Of a DNA stretch of 64,000 bases, positions 8,372 to 17,878 are shown piece after piece. The notes under the pieces were generated by a model, which was not told the origin of the DNA, did not search any database, and worked only from the letters and a program-made list of their open reading frames with translations. Positions within the stretch are counted from its first letter, which is position 1, and the number at the start of each line of letters is the position of its first letter. Source of the stretch: a virus; IMG/VR virus record IMGVR_UViG_3300045988_175974. One strand, 5' to 3'. The position numbers were made by a program, and so were the translations under genes.

Positions 8372-8956
8372 TCAGATAGCCTCGAACACCGGAGCGGCTG
8401 CCGCATCACTTTGCGTATGGCGCTTCATGTAATCAGCCTTAAACTCTTCCTCGGTCATACCTTCAAATCTAAGCATGCCCTCCCAGTGACCTTCGCGGAT
8501 ATGCTCTGCCTTAAACTCCTCGTAGGTATGAGGAACGCAATCATCAGCAACCCAGAAGGCCTCGTGTTGCAGTTCGATGCCATCGCCAATCCAGCACCCC
8601 GATAAACTGTCATTCTCTTCATCCGGAGTCTGCTCGCTCTCCTCCATAAGCTCATCGAAATGCTCGATGGCATACTTGATCATCGTGCGGATGTCCTTTG
8701 CCCAAGAGCAGGTATCGTCCGACTTGATATTGCACTCCTGCAGCACCATCTCCACAAGCTCATCGATACCCTTGCGACTCATGATGTAAGCATCGTGATA
8801 GAAATCGAAAGGGATAACGTGGTCCAGCTTCCATCCCTTCTCCTCGTTGATGGATGGTCTGCCGTATGCCTTGCGGCTCTCTTCTGTCACCTGCACTTCG
8901 TTCTCTACATTCTCTATAACGTTCATACCGTTCTTATTATTATTCTTTGCTTCCAT
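8372..8956 (-). CDS. Acidic hypothetical protein (194 aa).
   Basis: ATG-initiated ORF. GC-rich hairpins follow its stop (8270-8370). Confidence 0.55.
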   Translation of the reverse strand: MEAKNNNKNGMNVIENVENEVQVTEESRKAYGRPSINEEKGWKLDHVIPFDFYHDAYIMSRKGIDELVEMVLQECNIKSDDTCSWAKDIRTMIKYAIEHFDELMEESEQTPDEENDSLSGCWIGDGIELQHEAFWVADDCVPHTYEEFKAEHIREGHWEGMLRFEGMTEEEFKADYMKRHTQSDAAAAPVFEAI

Positions 8957-9019
8957 AATTTCTAATTTTTAAAATGATTCTATAATATGTGATTGATAAA
9001 GCGCCCTATAATATAGAGC

Positions 9020-9343
9020 TTAATAATTGCCCTCTACGTACTGCACTCCCTCCTTGCTGTAATCTCGGAAGAGCTTCTTTTTGATTGCACGTCCGGAAAT
9101 CTCCAGCTTGTCAGGGATAAAAAGGCGCTGATCCGTATCGCAGTGGTCGCAGAATACCCATAAGCCGGTATCTTCCTCCTTCGTATATACCAGGATGCCC
9201 GCCGTCTTCTTGAAGGCTCTTGCTGTAGCTGCCATAGCGCCTTTCAGTTTCTTTTCGTCTATCTCGTTACTCCACCAGCTAACCGCAATCGGTTTTACTA
9301 CCTTGTCGCCAACGGTCAGTACATAAGTATATTCTTTTTCCAT
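9020..9343 (-). CDS. Hypothetical protein (107 aa).
   Basis: ATG-initiated ORF co-oriented with its neighbours. Confidence 0.5.
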   Translation of the reverse strand: MEKEYTYVLTVGDKVVKPIAVSWWSNEIDEKKLKGAMAATARAFKKTAGILVYTKEEDTGLWVFCDHCDTDQRLFIPDKLEISGRAIKKKLFRDYSKEGVQYVEGNY

Positions 9344-9375
9344 GATTCTAATTTATTCTATAATCTATAATAATA

Positions 9376-9675
9376 CTACTGATAGCTATTGAACTCTACA
9401 AGTTCCAGTGAACCGCCTTCCAGTTTGCTCTGGATTTCACGCACAACTGTAGCACCGGCAAACTTCACATCGTTTTGAAAATCTTCTATCTGCTCCAGCA
9501 CCGGAACTTTCTCGCCATTCGTAGCCCAACGAAAAATATGCTCCCTGATACCTTTTTTGATAGCTACCAGCATTCGGCGGGTGCCCGCCTTGTCGGATGA
9601 TCCGACGTAATATCTAATCATTGAGCCGCGAGATTTCCAGTTGTCGCAAGTGCTCAGAATATAAATACGCTTCAT
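9376..9675 (-). CDS. Hypothetical protein (99 aa).
   Basis: ATG-initiated ORF co-oriented with its neighbours. Confidence 0.5.
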   Translation of the reverse strand: MKRIYILSTCDNWKSRGSMIRYYVGSSDKAGTRRMLVAIKKGIREHIFRWATNGEKVPVLEQIEDFQNDVKFAGATVVREIQSKLEGGSLELVEFNSYQ

Positions 9676-9781
9676 ACGATTTTCTAGTTTATTCTATAAT
9701 CTATAATGATGTTTTATCCAGCCTGTGCGGATTTCCGCACAGGTAGGATTTGTGATTCCCGAAGCCCTCTATAATGAGGGC

Positions 9782-11266
9782 TTACGGCTTCTGAATATCT
9801 CGCCATACCTTGCGAGCCTTGCACTGCGATACGCTGCCGATTGCCCAGCCCTTATGCTTTGCGGCTACCTGATTAAAACGGTACCAGATGTTTATATCTG
9901 TGAACTCAAAGTGCATCGTACCTTTTTTATAAAACTTCACGCGGAACCAATCAAAATAGAACCATTTGCCGAAGTCGGTGCAGCGGTGTACAACATTCTG
10001 CTCAAATGGGCGGGCGTACTCATCAGTTAGCGGCTTGCCGTTTAGGAAGCTCATCGCCTTGTAGAAATCTTCCATTTCCCGTTGGCGGCCGTCGGATGCG
10101 TAAAAGCTATAATCAAGATACCCGCGGTAATTCATTTCACAATCCAGGTAATCAACAATAAACTTTTGGTTCACCATATAGTTGCTATTCGTCTTCCACT
10201 TCTCGCCCGCTGTCGAATTTTCAGCGGATAGGCTGCAAATGGTGTCGAATGCCTTAACAACGCACTCCTCCATGATGTTTCCGATGTTCTGTAATACGGA
10301 AGACACGACCAGATAGATATTTTTCAGGTTGAAAGGGCGAGCCTCGGAAGTCTCCACAAATCGGGCGATCTTCTCCTGTAATACGTTGGTAGTGTACTTC
10401 TGCATATTGAGCAACTGGAAGACGTTGTGCCACGCAGCGTGCTGCAACTCCTTGCGGAAGCGGTCGCGGGTGATGTTTTGAAACTTGTTGCCTCGGCAGT
10501 CATCCCCGTGAGCGCCAAAATGAATGCGGCAAGCCGTGAAGGTTTTTATATCTTCGTTTATCTTTTTGCTTGCCTCCTGCACTGCGTCAAACTGCGCCAG
10601 GGCTGAGTTGTAACGCTTCACCATATCGCGCACAGCATCGTATTTGATTACGCCTTCCTGACCGTTGCCCATATCGTCCCAGCCTTCCGGTGTCTCGTCA
10701 AATTCCAGGTCCTCGAAATCCTCTGTTTTGTCGGATGGCTTATAAAGACGAATAAGCGAGATTTCCGCATCTGTTCGGCGGTCGGCGGTCGAAGTGTTGA
10801 ACACATCGCCTAAATCCTCACGGCTTCCATAAAGGTCTGTCAGATCCTTTAATTTCTTGTCGTCGCCATAAAAGCTTTTAAAGCGAGAAGAAGGGCAGAG
10901 GGCTAAAATCGTGCAACCATCCGGCGCAATCTCCCAGGCGTGCAAAATATGCTTTTCTACCGTGGTAAATGGCGGGTTCATGATAATATAGTTTATATCT
11001 GCCACCTGCTCACGCTGCACTGTCAGAAAGTCAGGCGCGATCACGTTACACTCATTATATAAGGCGCTCCGCAGTACGTCGTTTATCTCGCAAGCTTTTA
11101 CGTATCTTGCGCCGTCCTGCTTGCAATATCTTACAATATCGCCGGAACCTGCAGAAGGTTCTAATATTACGGCATCCGCCAGGCTCTCGCCCTGGGTCAT
11201 CATATCGAAGACCTCGCGGGGTGTGGTGTAAAAATCACGGTTAAATATATTTTGATAATCTATCAT
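9782..11266 (-). CDS. N6-adenine DNA methyltransferase (494 aa from ATG 11266) with a large C-terminal extension.
   Basis: SAM motif I ILEPSAGSGDIV and catalytic motif IV IIMNPPF. The N-terminal 95 codons in the ORF track overlap the upstream gene and a hairpin. Confidence 0.8.
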   Translation of the reverse strand: MIDYQNIFNRDFYTTPREVFDMMTQGESLADAVILEPSAGSGDIVRYCKQDGARYVKACEINDVLRSALYNECNVIAPDFLTVQREQVADINYIIMNPPFTTVEKHILHAWEIAPDGCTILALCPSSRFKSFYGDDKKLKDLTDLYGSREDLGDVFNTSTADRRTDAEISLIRLYKPSDKTEDFEDLEFDETPEGWDDMGNGQEGVIKYDAVRDMVKRYNSALAQFDAVQEASKKINEDIKTFTACRIHFGAHGDDCRGNKFQNITRDRFRKELQHAAWHNVFQLLNMQKYTTNVLQEKIARFVETSEARPFNLKNIYLVVSSVLQNIGNIMEECVVKAFDTICSLSAENSTAGEKWKTNSNYMVNQKFIVDYLDCEMNYRGYLDYSFYASDGRQREMEDFYKAMSFLNGKPLTDEYARPFEQNVVHRCTDFGKWFYFDWFRVKFYKKGTMHFEFTDINIWYRFNQVAAKHKGWAIGSVSQCKARKVWRDIQKP

Positions 11267-11378
11267 TTTATTTTTTGCTTTTTTGATGAGTGAAAGAAAA
11301 ATTTTTCTTGCGGCGTATTTTTTCGGTGATGATTTACGCACGCTATAACGTAGGATTTCCGAAGCTTTGAGGGGGTAG

Positions 11379-11402
11379 GGGTGAGGGATTGAACCCTCAC
11401 CC
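11379..11402 (-). terminator. 9-bp GC-rich hairpin (GGGTGAGGG / CCCTCACCC) downstream of the J-domain gene.
   Basis: Read directly. The minus-sense loop TTCAAT resembles a T-loop, but no other tRNA arms are present and no U-tract follows. Confidence 0.35.
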
Positions 11403-11421
11403 GGTGCCCTCGGCTCTCGAT

Positions 11422-13917
11422 TTATGCGGCTTTGCCGTTGTTCGCCTCTGTGCCCTCGTCCCAGGTATAAAGGGTCTGTAACTCCTCGGCACTTAAAACG
11501 ACCTTTGCGCGGTTCCTGGCGCATCGGCGGATCTGTGAGTGCTTCGCCCAAATCTCCGGTGCTGGCTTATTCCCTAGCGCCTCGGAAGTGTTCAGCTCTC
11601 GCAGCTCGTCGATAAGGTCGCGAACGTCAACGCCGCAGGCGCAAAGGGCGTATAGTTCAGCGAGAGCCGCGCGCCCGTGCTCGTTGGCATACGTGAGCCG
11701 TTCAACGTCTTCCGCCGCTGCTCGCAGCATTGAGAGATCAACGCCAGAACCGCCGCCGTTTTTTGGTCGGCTCTGTGCGGTTTTGCCCGTCTGCTGCTCT
11801 GCTGCTGCCTCTTCGCTTGCGTCCTGCCCTGATTCCAGGACGTTTAATCGCTCCTGCATCTTGGCGAGGGTATCGGACAGGTTCGCCACCTGCTCAGTTA
11901 CTTTCTTTATCTGATCGCGAAGGATGGCGGCGGCCTCCTTGCGTTTTTCTGCTCTGTGCTCTGCCTCAAATTTGGCGGTAGCTTTCGCCGCTTCTGCTGC
12001 TGCCTGTTTTAATGCCTTGTTTGCCTTTTCGGTTGCTGATACGATAGCACCGACCAGGAAAGAGAGGGCAGAAGCAAGAACGCCGACGGCTTCCACCTGC
12101 TCGCAGGTTTTCGCATCCGCTGCGCTCTGCTGCTCTTCTGTTGCTTCCTCGGTATCCTCTACCGTCTCGGCGGTTTCATTCTGCTGTACGTCATCCGGTG
12201 CGGTCTCTGCTTCGCTCTGTTCAGTCATCCCGAACCACTCGCGAAGGGCTGCCACCGCCTCGGCTGTGGTTGCTTGCCACTGCTGCGCCTCCTTGTTCCA
12301 TCGTGCGCCGTGCGCTTTTATCTGCTTGCGGTTTTTGTAGGTTGTGTGCTGATCGCCTACGACTGCCACACCCTCGGCAATCTCTACAAGTTCCAGCCCA
12401 TCGGCTGGCGCTGCGGTCAGATCCACGCCCTCGGCTGCCTTCTCGCTCTTCGCTGCATTCTGGCTGCGGTCTGCCTTGTGTGCGGTCTGCTTGCCGTTCT
12501 TCTGTTCCTCTTCCCACTGCTTGCGCTGCTTCTCGACCTCCTCGGCATCCTTGCGAAGCTCTGCGAGTACATCGGCGGCAAACTGCAAGATTTCCACATC
12601 CTTATAACTGTTATAACCATAATTTGAGATCCGAATACCTACGGCTGCGAACTTGTCGGCGCGCTTCTGCTGAACCTTAGCACCGCCGCCGTTAACGCCA
12701 TAAATGCATCTTTCACCGTCATAAATGGAAGGCTTGCCAAGGTACACTTTTTCGCCATTCGCTACAATCTCGGCGGCTTCATTAATTGAAATCTCTTTAT
12801 AATGACACGTACCATCTACAGGCACACAGAAAACATTCGCGCCCAGGGCTTTTTTAATTGCCTGCCAGGTCTTGCCGTGTTTTGCCTCGAAAACTGGCGC
12901 GGCTGCAGCCTCTACTGCTGCCTTTGTGGTTTCTTCGCTGATGGTGTAAACCTTTAAGAAAGCATCTAAAACACAATTTAAAGACGTTGTTTTACGATAC
13001 CAGTAACGCGAACTTTCTAAATCATAAATAATTTGTCGCTGTGCTTCGAATTGTTCGTAATACTTACTTTTCGCCTCTCTCTCTTCCTCGCTCAGATTTA
13101 ACCAGGCTTTCCCGATTTCTCTGTGATAGAATCCGAGGATTTGACAGCAGCGCAAAGTATCTTCTGCGGTAATAACTACCGCATCGTTTTTATTAGTCAT
13201 CCCCTCAAACTGCGGGAAAACCTCGTAAATCTTTGCCATTACTTCAGCTTTTCCGAGGTCTGAAAATGTGCGGGTGAACTCGAAACGACCTGCCGAGATT
13301 TGGCCGTATTGATTGCGCCATGCTCGGGTGCTCTTCATTTCTTCGTCGTGGCCGTAGTCCTCGTAAGGGCTACAGGTGTGATAATGAGAAATAAACAGGT
13401 TTAATTCTTCCACCTCTTCCACCTGCTGAACGGTTGGGCCATCGGTCCAGAAGATTTCAGCGGATGCGCTCCAAATCTTGTTTTTTAATAATACTCTAAA
13501 CTCAACGCCCGGAAAATACTTGGTTAAAATCTGCTTAATATTATATTTAACCGCTGCGAGGTAGTCGGCAGATGGTTTCGCGATCCATCCGTCCGCAGGT
13601 GCCACGGTCTTTAGTTTACTGCTCCACTTTGCGATAACTTCGCGGAGTGCTTCGGCTGCCTTGCGCGCCTCTTCCTCTTCCTCGCGCTTGCGTTCCTCTT
13701 CTGCCTTGCGTGCTTCCTCTGCTTCCTTGCGTGCTTCCTCCTCGGCTCTTGCCTCTTCCTTTGCGCGCTCGAAGTTCTTAATAATACCGTTATACTCTGC
13801 CATCATTGCTTTGAACTCCTCAGGGTCTCCGCCCTTGTCCGGGTGCATACTTACACAATAAGCGCGGAACTGCTTTTTTATTTCTTCGGCTGTGGTTATA
13901 TTATTAAAATACTTCAT
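11422..13917 (-). CDS. 831-aa J-domain (DnaJ-like) protein with E/A/K/R coiled-coil regions and a GC-rich C-terminal half.
   Basis: N-terminus ...FRAYCVSMHPDKGGDPEEFKAMMAEYN carries the HPD tripeptide. A KAHGARWNKEAQQW motif occurs in the C-terminal half. Confidence 0.75.
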   Translation of the reverse strand: MKYFNNITTAEEIKKQFRAYCVSMHPDKGGDPEEFKAMMAEYNGIIKNFERAKEEARAEEEARKEAEEARKAEEERKREEEEEARKAAEALREVIAKWSSKLKTVAPADGWIAKPSADYLAAVKYNIKQILTKYFPGVEFRVLLKNKIWSASAEIFWTDGPTVQQVEEVEELNLFISHYHTCSPYEDYGHDEEMKSTRAWRNQYGQISAGRFEFTRTFSDLGKAEVMAKIYEVFPQFEGMTNKNDAVVITAEDTLRCCQILGFYHREIGKAWLNLSEEEREAKSKYYEQFEAQRQIIYDLESSRYWYRKTTSLNCVLDAFLKVYTISEETTKAAVEAAAAPVFEAKHGKTWQAIKKALGANVFCVPVDGTCHYKEISINEAAEIVANGEKVYLGKPSIYDGERCIYGVNGGGAKVQQKRADKFAAVGIRISNYGYNSYKDVEILQFAADVLAELRKDAEEVEKQRKQWEEEQKNGKQTAHKADRSQNAAKSEKAAEGVDLTAAPADGLELVEIAEGVAVVGDQHTTYKNRKQIKAHGARWNKEAQQWQATTAEAVAALREWFGMTEQSEAETAPDDVQQNETAETVEDTEEATEEQQSAADAKTCEQVEAVGVLASALSFLVGAIVSATEKANKALKQAAAEAAKATAKFEAEHRAEKRKEAAAILRDQIKKVTEQVANLSDTLAKMQERLNVLESGQDASEEAAAEQQTGKTAQSRPKNGGGSGVDLSMLRAAAEDVERLTYANEHGRAALAELYALCACGVDVRDLIDELRELNTSEALGNKPAPEIWAKHSQIRRCARNRAKVVLSAEELQTLYTWDEGTEANNGKAA

Positions 13918-13996
13918 AACTTTCTATTTTTTAAATGTTTGTGTATATTGTTTTTTGTTTTGCCGTGAGCGCCTAGATTTTAGGCGCTCATCCTCT

Positions 13997-14221
13997 TTAT
14001 GCCTCGTAGCTCTTTACTACTACAGCGTAGTTATAACACGAATCAAAGGGATCGCTTTCCAAGATATACGCTTTTTCCTTGCGGTTATAAGCATATCCTT
14101 TGCGCTTCAGATCTGCTAACTTCTTGCGCTTATCGTACAGCCCTAGTCGGATATTATCTTTAAGGGTCCAGGAACCATCCTGTAAAATAACGTAAAACTC
14201 AAATAAATATATCTTTTTCAT
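13997..14221 (-). CDS. Hypothetical protein (74 aa).
   Basis: ATG-initiated ORF co-oriented with its neighbours. Confidence 0.45.
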   Translation of the reverse strand: MKKIYLFEFYVILQDGSWTLKDNIRLGLYDKRKKLADLKRKGYAYNRKEKAYILESDPFDSCYNYAVVVKSYEA

Positions 14222-14251
14222 AATTCCTTAATTTTAAAATGTTTGTGTAAC

Positions 14252-14527
14252 TTAGAAATTAATTGCGAGCAGAAGGAAGCAAGAAAGAGCTATCGCCCCA
14301 ACTCCCAGATACTGCCAGCCGGTGAGCGTGACCGCCTCGGAATCATCGCCGAATAGGTGGCGAGTATTAAGCCAGCGCCAGGCGATGCGGGCGAACCTGC
14401 CCGCCATCCTTGCCGCTTTTATTGTGCCCTGAATCAAGAACAGAGCGCAGAGTGTGAAGAACTCAACGAGGGCGGCGAGCACCTCGACAAAAGAAATATT
14501 ACTGCTATGTATTGTTTTTGCTTCCAT
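14252..14527 (-). CDS. Small membrane protein (91 aa, 2-3 hydrophobic segments).
   Basis: Hydrophobic stretches VLAALVEFFTLCALFLI and LGVGAIALSCFLLLAI. Confidence 0.5.
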   Translation of the reverse strand: MEAKTIHSSNISFVEVLAALVEFFTLCALFLIQGTIKAARMAGRFARIAWRWLNTRHLFGDDSEAVTLTGWQYLGVGAIALSCFLLLAINF

Positions 14528-14555
14528 GATCTTATATATTTATATTGTTGTATTA

Positions 14556-15404
14556 TTATAAACTTTCATTTATCAGACGATACCAAAACGAAAAAGGCTT
14601 TGTGAAATGTGGCTTTTGCGCTTTTTCAAACTCAGAAGGGAAAAAGTACGAAAGTACTGCCATTGTATTAATAGCAACAAAAGCCATGAAATCAAGGCCA
14701 ACAGTTAGCACAAGGACCGAGCCAAGGAGTGCGCCACAGATGCTGCCGCAAATGCCCAGCGCCTCGACGATTGAAGCTATCGCAGACACCGCAACGTAAA
14801 CAGACAAGAGACCAACCGCGAAGAATACAACCAGACTAAAGACAAACGCCGCCTTTTCTGCTGCTGCCTTTGCGCCGTTCTTCATCTTTGCCAGGATGCC
14901 GGCGAGCTTGGAAGGCTCGCAAGCTGTTGCGTTTTCTTCGTTATCTTCGCCCTCGCCGTTCTCTTCGTCCTTCGCAGACTCTATGCAATGAATCATATAA
15001 ACGTTGCCGGCGTTGTCTGCCTCACTGTCTACAAGTTCGCCAGGATTAATTCCGCGAGCCTCGCAAGCTTTGATATATTCCCAGGCTAAATCTACTAAAA
15101 TCTTGGTTTTGCCTGTCTTCTCGATGTCCTCGATTGCTTCGGCTACCGTTTCATCTTCGCGTGCCTTCTGCTCCAGCATCTCGCCTGCGATGAAGTCGGC
15201 GCGGTCGTATCTGCTTGCTAAGTATTTGTTGCGGTTGCGGTCGATGAAGTAGTAACGGCCGTTACACTTGCGAAAGCCGATAATAACCTCGTATTCGTTC
15301 GCACTGCTGATATTGTAAGCCTGCACGCCCTGGTAATTAAGATCGAAAAACAAATCATTGTTCACAATCTCCTTCAACTGCTTGATATTATTATTCTTTC
15401 TCAT
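14556..15404 (-). CDS. Hypothetical protein (282 aa) with a C-terminal multi-pass membrane region.
   Basis: Soluble N-terminal half. The C-terminal ~90 aa are hydrophobic (FVFSLVVFFAVGLLSVYVAVSAIASIV...). Confidence 0.55.
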   Translation of the reverse strand: MRKNNNIKQLKEIVNNDLFFDLNYQGVQAYNISSANEYEVIIGFRKCNGRYYFIDRNRNKYLASRYDRADFIAGEMLEQKAREDETVAEAIEDIEKTGKTKILVDLAWEYIKACEARGINPGELVDSEADNAGNVYMIHCIESAKDEENGEGEDNEENATACEPSKLAGILAKMKNGAKAAAEKAAFVFSLVVFFAVGLLSVYVAVSAIASIVEALGICGSICGALLGSVLVLTVGLDFMAFVAINTMAVLSYFFPSEFEKAQKPHFTKPFSFWYRLINESL

Positions 15405-15640
15405 AACTTTATTATTTTAATGTTTGACTTTGTTTTTGTTTTATGCTGCAAAAGTACAATTAAAACTTAATACTGCAAAATAATTTCGCCGAAAAGTTCA
15501 TTTTAACTTTAATATTTAACCTTTATAAACATTAAATGTATTAATCTTTTATTTAACTACTTAATTTATCGTTTAATACTTACTTAATATATCACTTAAT
15601 AAACTGCATCGTTTTAATTATACGTACCTTATTATATATA

Positions 15641-16135
15641 GAGGAAGAGCAAGGGGAGAGAGAAGAACGGGGCGAAGGATGCCGCCGCCATCTTCGCCCG
15701 TTCCTCGCCTCTCTTCTGTTCTGTCTGCTGTCCTCACCGTCCACACCATCGCCAGCCGCTCACCACTTCGCCACCATCGCATCAGCAACCAGGACGAGAG
15801 GAAGGGCGGCCACCCCGTCCGGTTCTGGGCGATGTCATCGCCACCACCTCGCCACACCTCGCCACCGATCGACAAGCAGCCACAAAACAGCAGGGCAGCG
15901 CCTCGGGCTGTCGGGAATCCTGCCCGCCTCGTCCTCGTCCCCGTCCTCTTCCCCTCCGTCAGGGGGGTGAGGGTAGGGCAGCGAGCCAGCCAGGGCGGGC
16001 GAGCCCCTCTCGCTCACCCTGCCGACCCTCTCCACCCTGCCGGGGTGCTTTCTCATATATGCGGACACCTCCGGAGAGGGGAGGGGGGCGTGTCAACATA
16101 GCAGAGCGGCGAGGCTCGTCTTCGAGAAAGTTTGT
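15641..16135. other. GC-rich, strand-asymmetric, hairpin-rich non-coding island. Candidate structured RNA or origin element.
   Basis: It sits in a 1.1-kb gene-free gap with AT-rich flanks. Nested complementary segments are visible by eye. The ORFs here translate to P/R/S/G-rich nonsense. Confidence 0.4.
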
Positions 16136-16316
16136 TTCGGGATTTTTTTTACGGTTGTATCGCTCTAAATATCAATTATTTAATTTCTCCGCTAGGCTAT
16201 GCCGCGCAAAGCCTGTGTATCGAGGAAACGATAATGACACTTAAAGTATGAAAGATAACTAATTAAAAGCCAAATAGTTAGAGGGGAAAATTATTAATTT
16301 GTTTTAGTATGTTTAT

Positions 16317-16404
16317 AAAGCTTTTGCCCTTACAGGGCGAAGGAAACCGCACGCCTATACCCAGGGTGATACCCTGGGCTAGGAGCTTCTGCCCTTGCAG
16401 GGCT
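16317..16404 (-). repeat. Family A triple-hairpin intergenic repeat, copy A1.
   Basis: AAAGCTTTTGCCCTTACAGGGCG...TACCCAGGGTGATACCCTGGGCTAGGAGCTTCTGCCCTTGCAGGGC. Confidence 0.85.
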
Positions 16405-16496
16405 TGCAGGTTAATAAACTAGCAAATGCTTCTACAGCGTGCGGCTTGCGTATTTCTATCTTTTCGTTCAATCTTCGAGCTTCTTTCTTCTGCCGA

Positions 16497-17210
16497 TTAG
16501 TCCTCGAACATCGAGAAGGCTTCTGGACCTTCCAGCTTAAAGGCGGTCTCTACGTACACCAATTTATTGATGCAGTTACGATAGGCATGATAATAAGCTC
16601 GGCTTTTATTTAAGATATTAGACAAGGAACCTTCCTCTCTTACATCTCCATCTTCTATGCCGGCATTGGATAGCGTACCTTTTACGATTTCAAAACGATC
16701 TTCTATCATTGTATTGTAGCGAGCCAAAGGTGCAAGGGTCTCTTCAAGACCCATCGGTACTGACTGGAAGACCTGATTGCCGAGACTAATGCCGCCACCT
16801 GCTACCTTGTGGAATACCTGGCGATAAACCTCGAATACCGGACGAACCTTGCGGGCGATGAAGAACTCAAGGCATGGAACACTAAGCATATAAGTGTTTT
16901 GTGGGCGACCTCCCACATTTCTGCCATCATCTTGTGCGTCATCAGACTTTTTGCCATTTTGGGCAAAAACTCCATCGGTTTTTTGCCCATTTGGGGTAAA
17001 AACTTGATAATCAATACCCTCAACAAACAATTCGTTTGTACGAAGTGCTCTTACCGCCTTACCTTTTTCCTTATAAGCTAATGCCCAAACCTCATCCAGA
17101 TTCACCGGAAACTCCTCCTTGCTTCTTGAAAGGTTCAACACTTGGATAAAGTATGCCTTTATCTCACTATCACTACTCTGCTTTGTTAACTGAAACTTAT
17201 TGTTTACCAT
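16497..17210 (-). CDS. Hypothetical protein (237 aa). A possible phage DNA-binding or antirepressor-like N-terminal domain.
   Basis: The segment PVNLDEVWALAY...KAVRAL...EGIDYQVF loosely resembles KilA-N/antirepressor-type domains. The assignment is weak. Confidence 0.35.
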   Translation of the reverse strand: MVNNKFQLTKQSSDSEIKAYFIQVLNLSRSKEEFPVNLDEVWALAYKEKGKAVRALRTNELFVEGIDYQVFTPNGQKTDGVFAQNGKKSDDAQDDGRNVGGRPQNTYMLSVPCLEFFIARKVRPVFEVYRQVFHKVAGGGISLGNQVFQSVPMGLEETLAPLARYNTMIEDRFEIVKGTLSNAGIEDGDVREEGSLSNILNKSRAYYHAYRNCINKLVYVETAFKLEGPEAFSMFED

Positions 17211-17283
17211 GATTTCTTACTTTTAAAATGAATACATACCTAATTTTTAACCTTTTGGTAAAAAAGTACCCAAAGAAAAATTA

Positions 17284-17487
17284 TCAGTTCGCAACAGATG
17301 CTTTAGGTTGGAACGTAGAGCGTAAACAATCGCACAATACTTCTACTCCCATCGTATAGGAAGTAACTCTGTCGTCGCTCATCTGAGAGAAATCGGGTGG
17401 TGCAGTGGCAAGCTGCTCGATTACTGCCGTGGCTGCCTCCTGAAGGTCAGCTTTACCCATTGGTAGGGTAATGGTTGTTTCTTTCAT
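17284..17487 (-). CDS. Hypothetical protein (67 aa), first minus-strand gene of the divergent control region.
   Basis: ATG-initiated ORF divergent from the XRE gene. Confidence 0.4.
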   Translation of the reverse strand: MKETTITLPMGKADLQEAATAVIEQLATAPPDFSQMSDDRVTSYTMGVEVLCDCLRSTFQPKASVAN

Positions 17488-17837
17488 TTTTTATATATAT
17501 TTATTAGACATGCGCACATTATTAATTTAAAAGAAGCAGTGCGCCTCGCCCCTTGTCTAATGGCATACATATCAGGAAAATGAATAACCCTTTAAATAGC
17601 CACGCCAGCGACATTACATCGCAAGCAGGGGAGTGCGCACTGCAATATTGCGTATGCGACATCTCTGTATCAGAGACACAGCATGTGCTTCGATACAATA
17701 TTCATTTCCGATATGTTTTATTTTTTAGACGGTGCAAAGATACTGAGTTTTATCGAAACAACCAAACATTTTTCGAGAAAAATTCATTTTTACGTGAATA
17801 TTTCTACAAAAATCTTGTTTATATCAATATTTCTTTG

Positions 17838-17845
17838 TACTTTTG
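17838..17845 (+). promoter_or_regulatory. -7 promoter box TACTTTTG for the XRE gene.
   Basis: TAnnTTTG match 34 nt upstream of ATG 17879. Confidence 0.5.
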
Positions 17846-17878
17846 CAGCGAAATATAAACAATAAATTCAATTTATAG

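Noticed and set aside
11379-11402. Hairpin with a TTCAAT loop, considered as a tRNA T-arm or tRNA gene.
   Set aside because: No acceptor, D or anticodon arms can be formed from the flanking sequence. It is more simply a post-gene hairpin. An attP-type tRNA 3' fragment cannot be excluded without host data.
11588-12680. Multiple overlapping ORFs on both strands within the 3' part of the J-domain gene.
   Set aside because: They are artefacts of locally high GC content. Only the 831-aa frame is continuous and carries recognisable domains.
15618-16101. ORFs of 85, 140 and 77 aa in the GC-rich island.
   Set aside because: The translations are P/R/S/G-rich with no protein-like pattern, and frames are open on both strands simply because of GC richness. 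The region is treated as non-coding.
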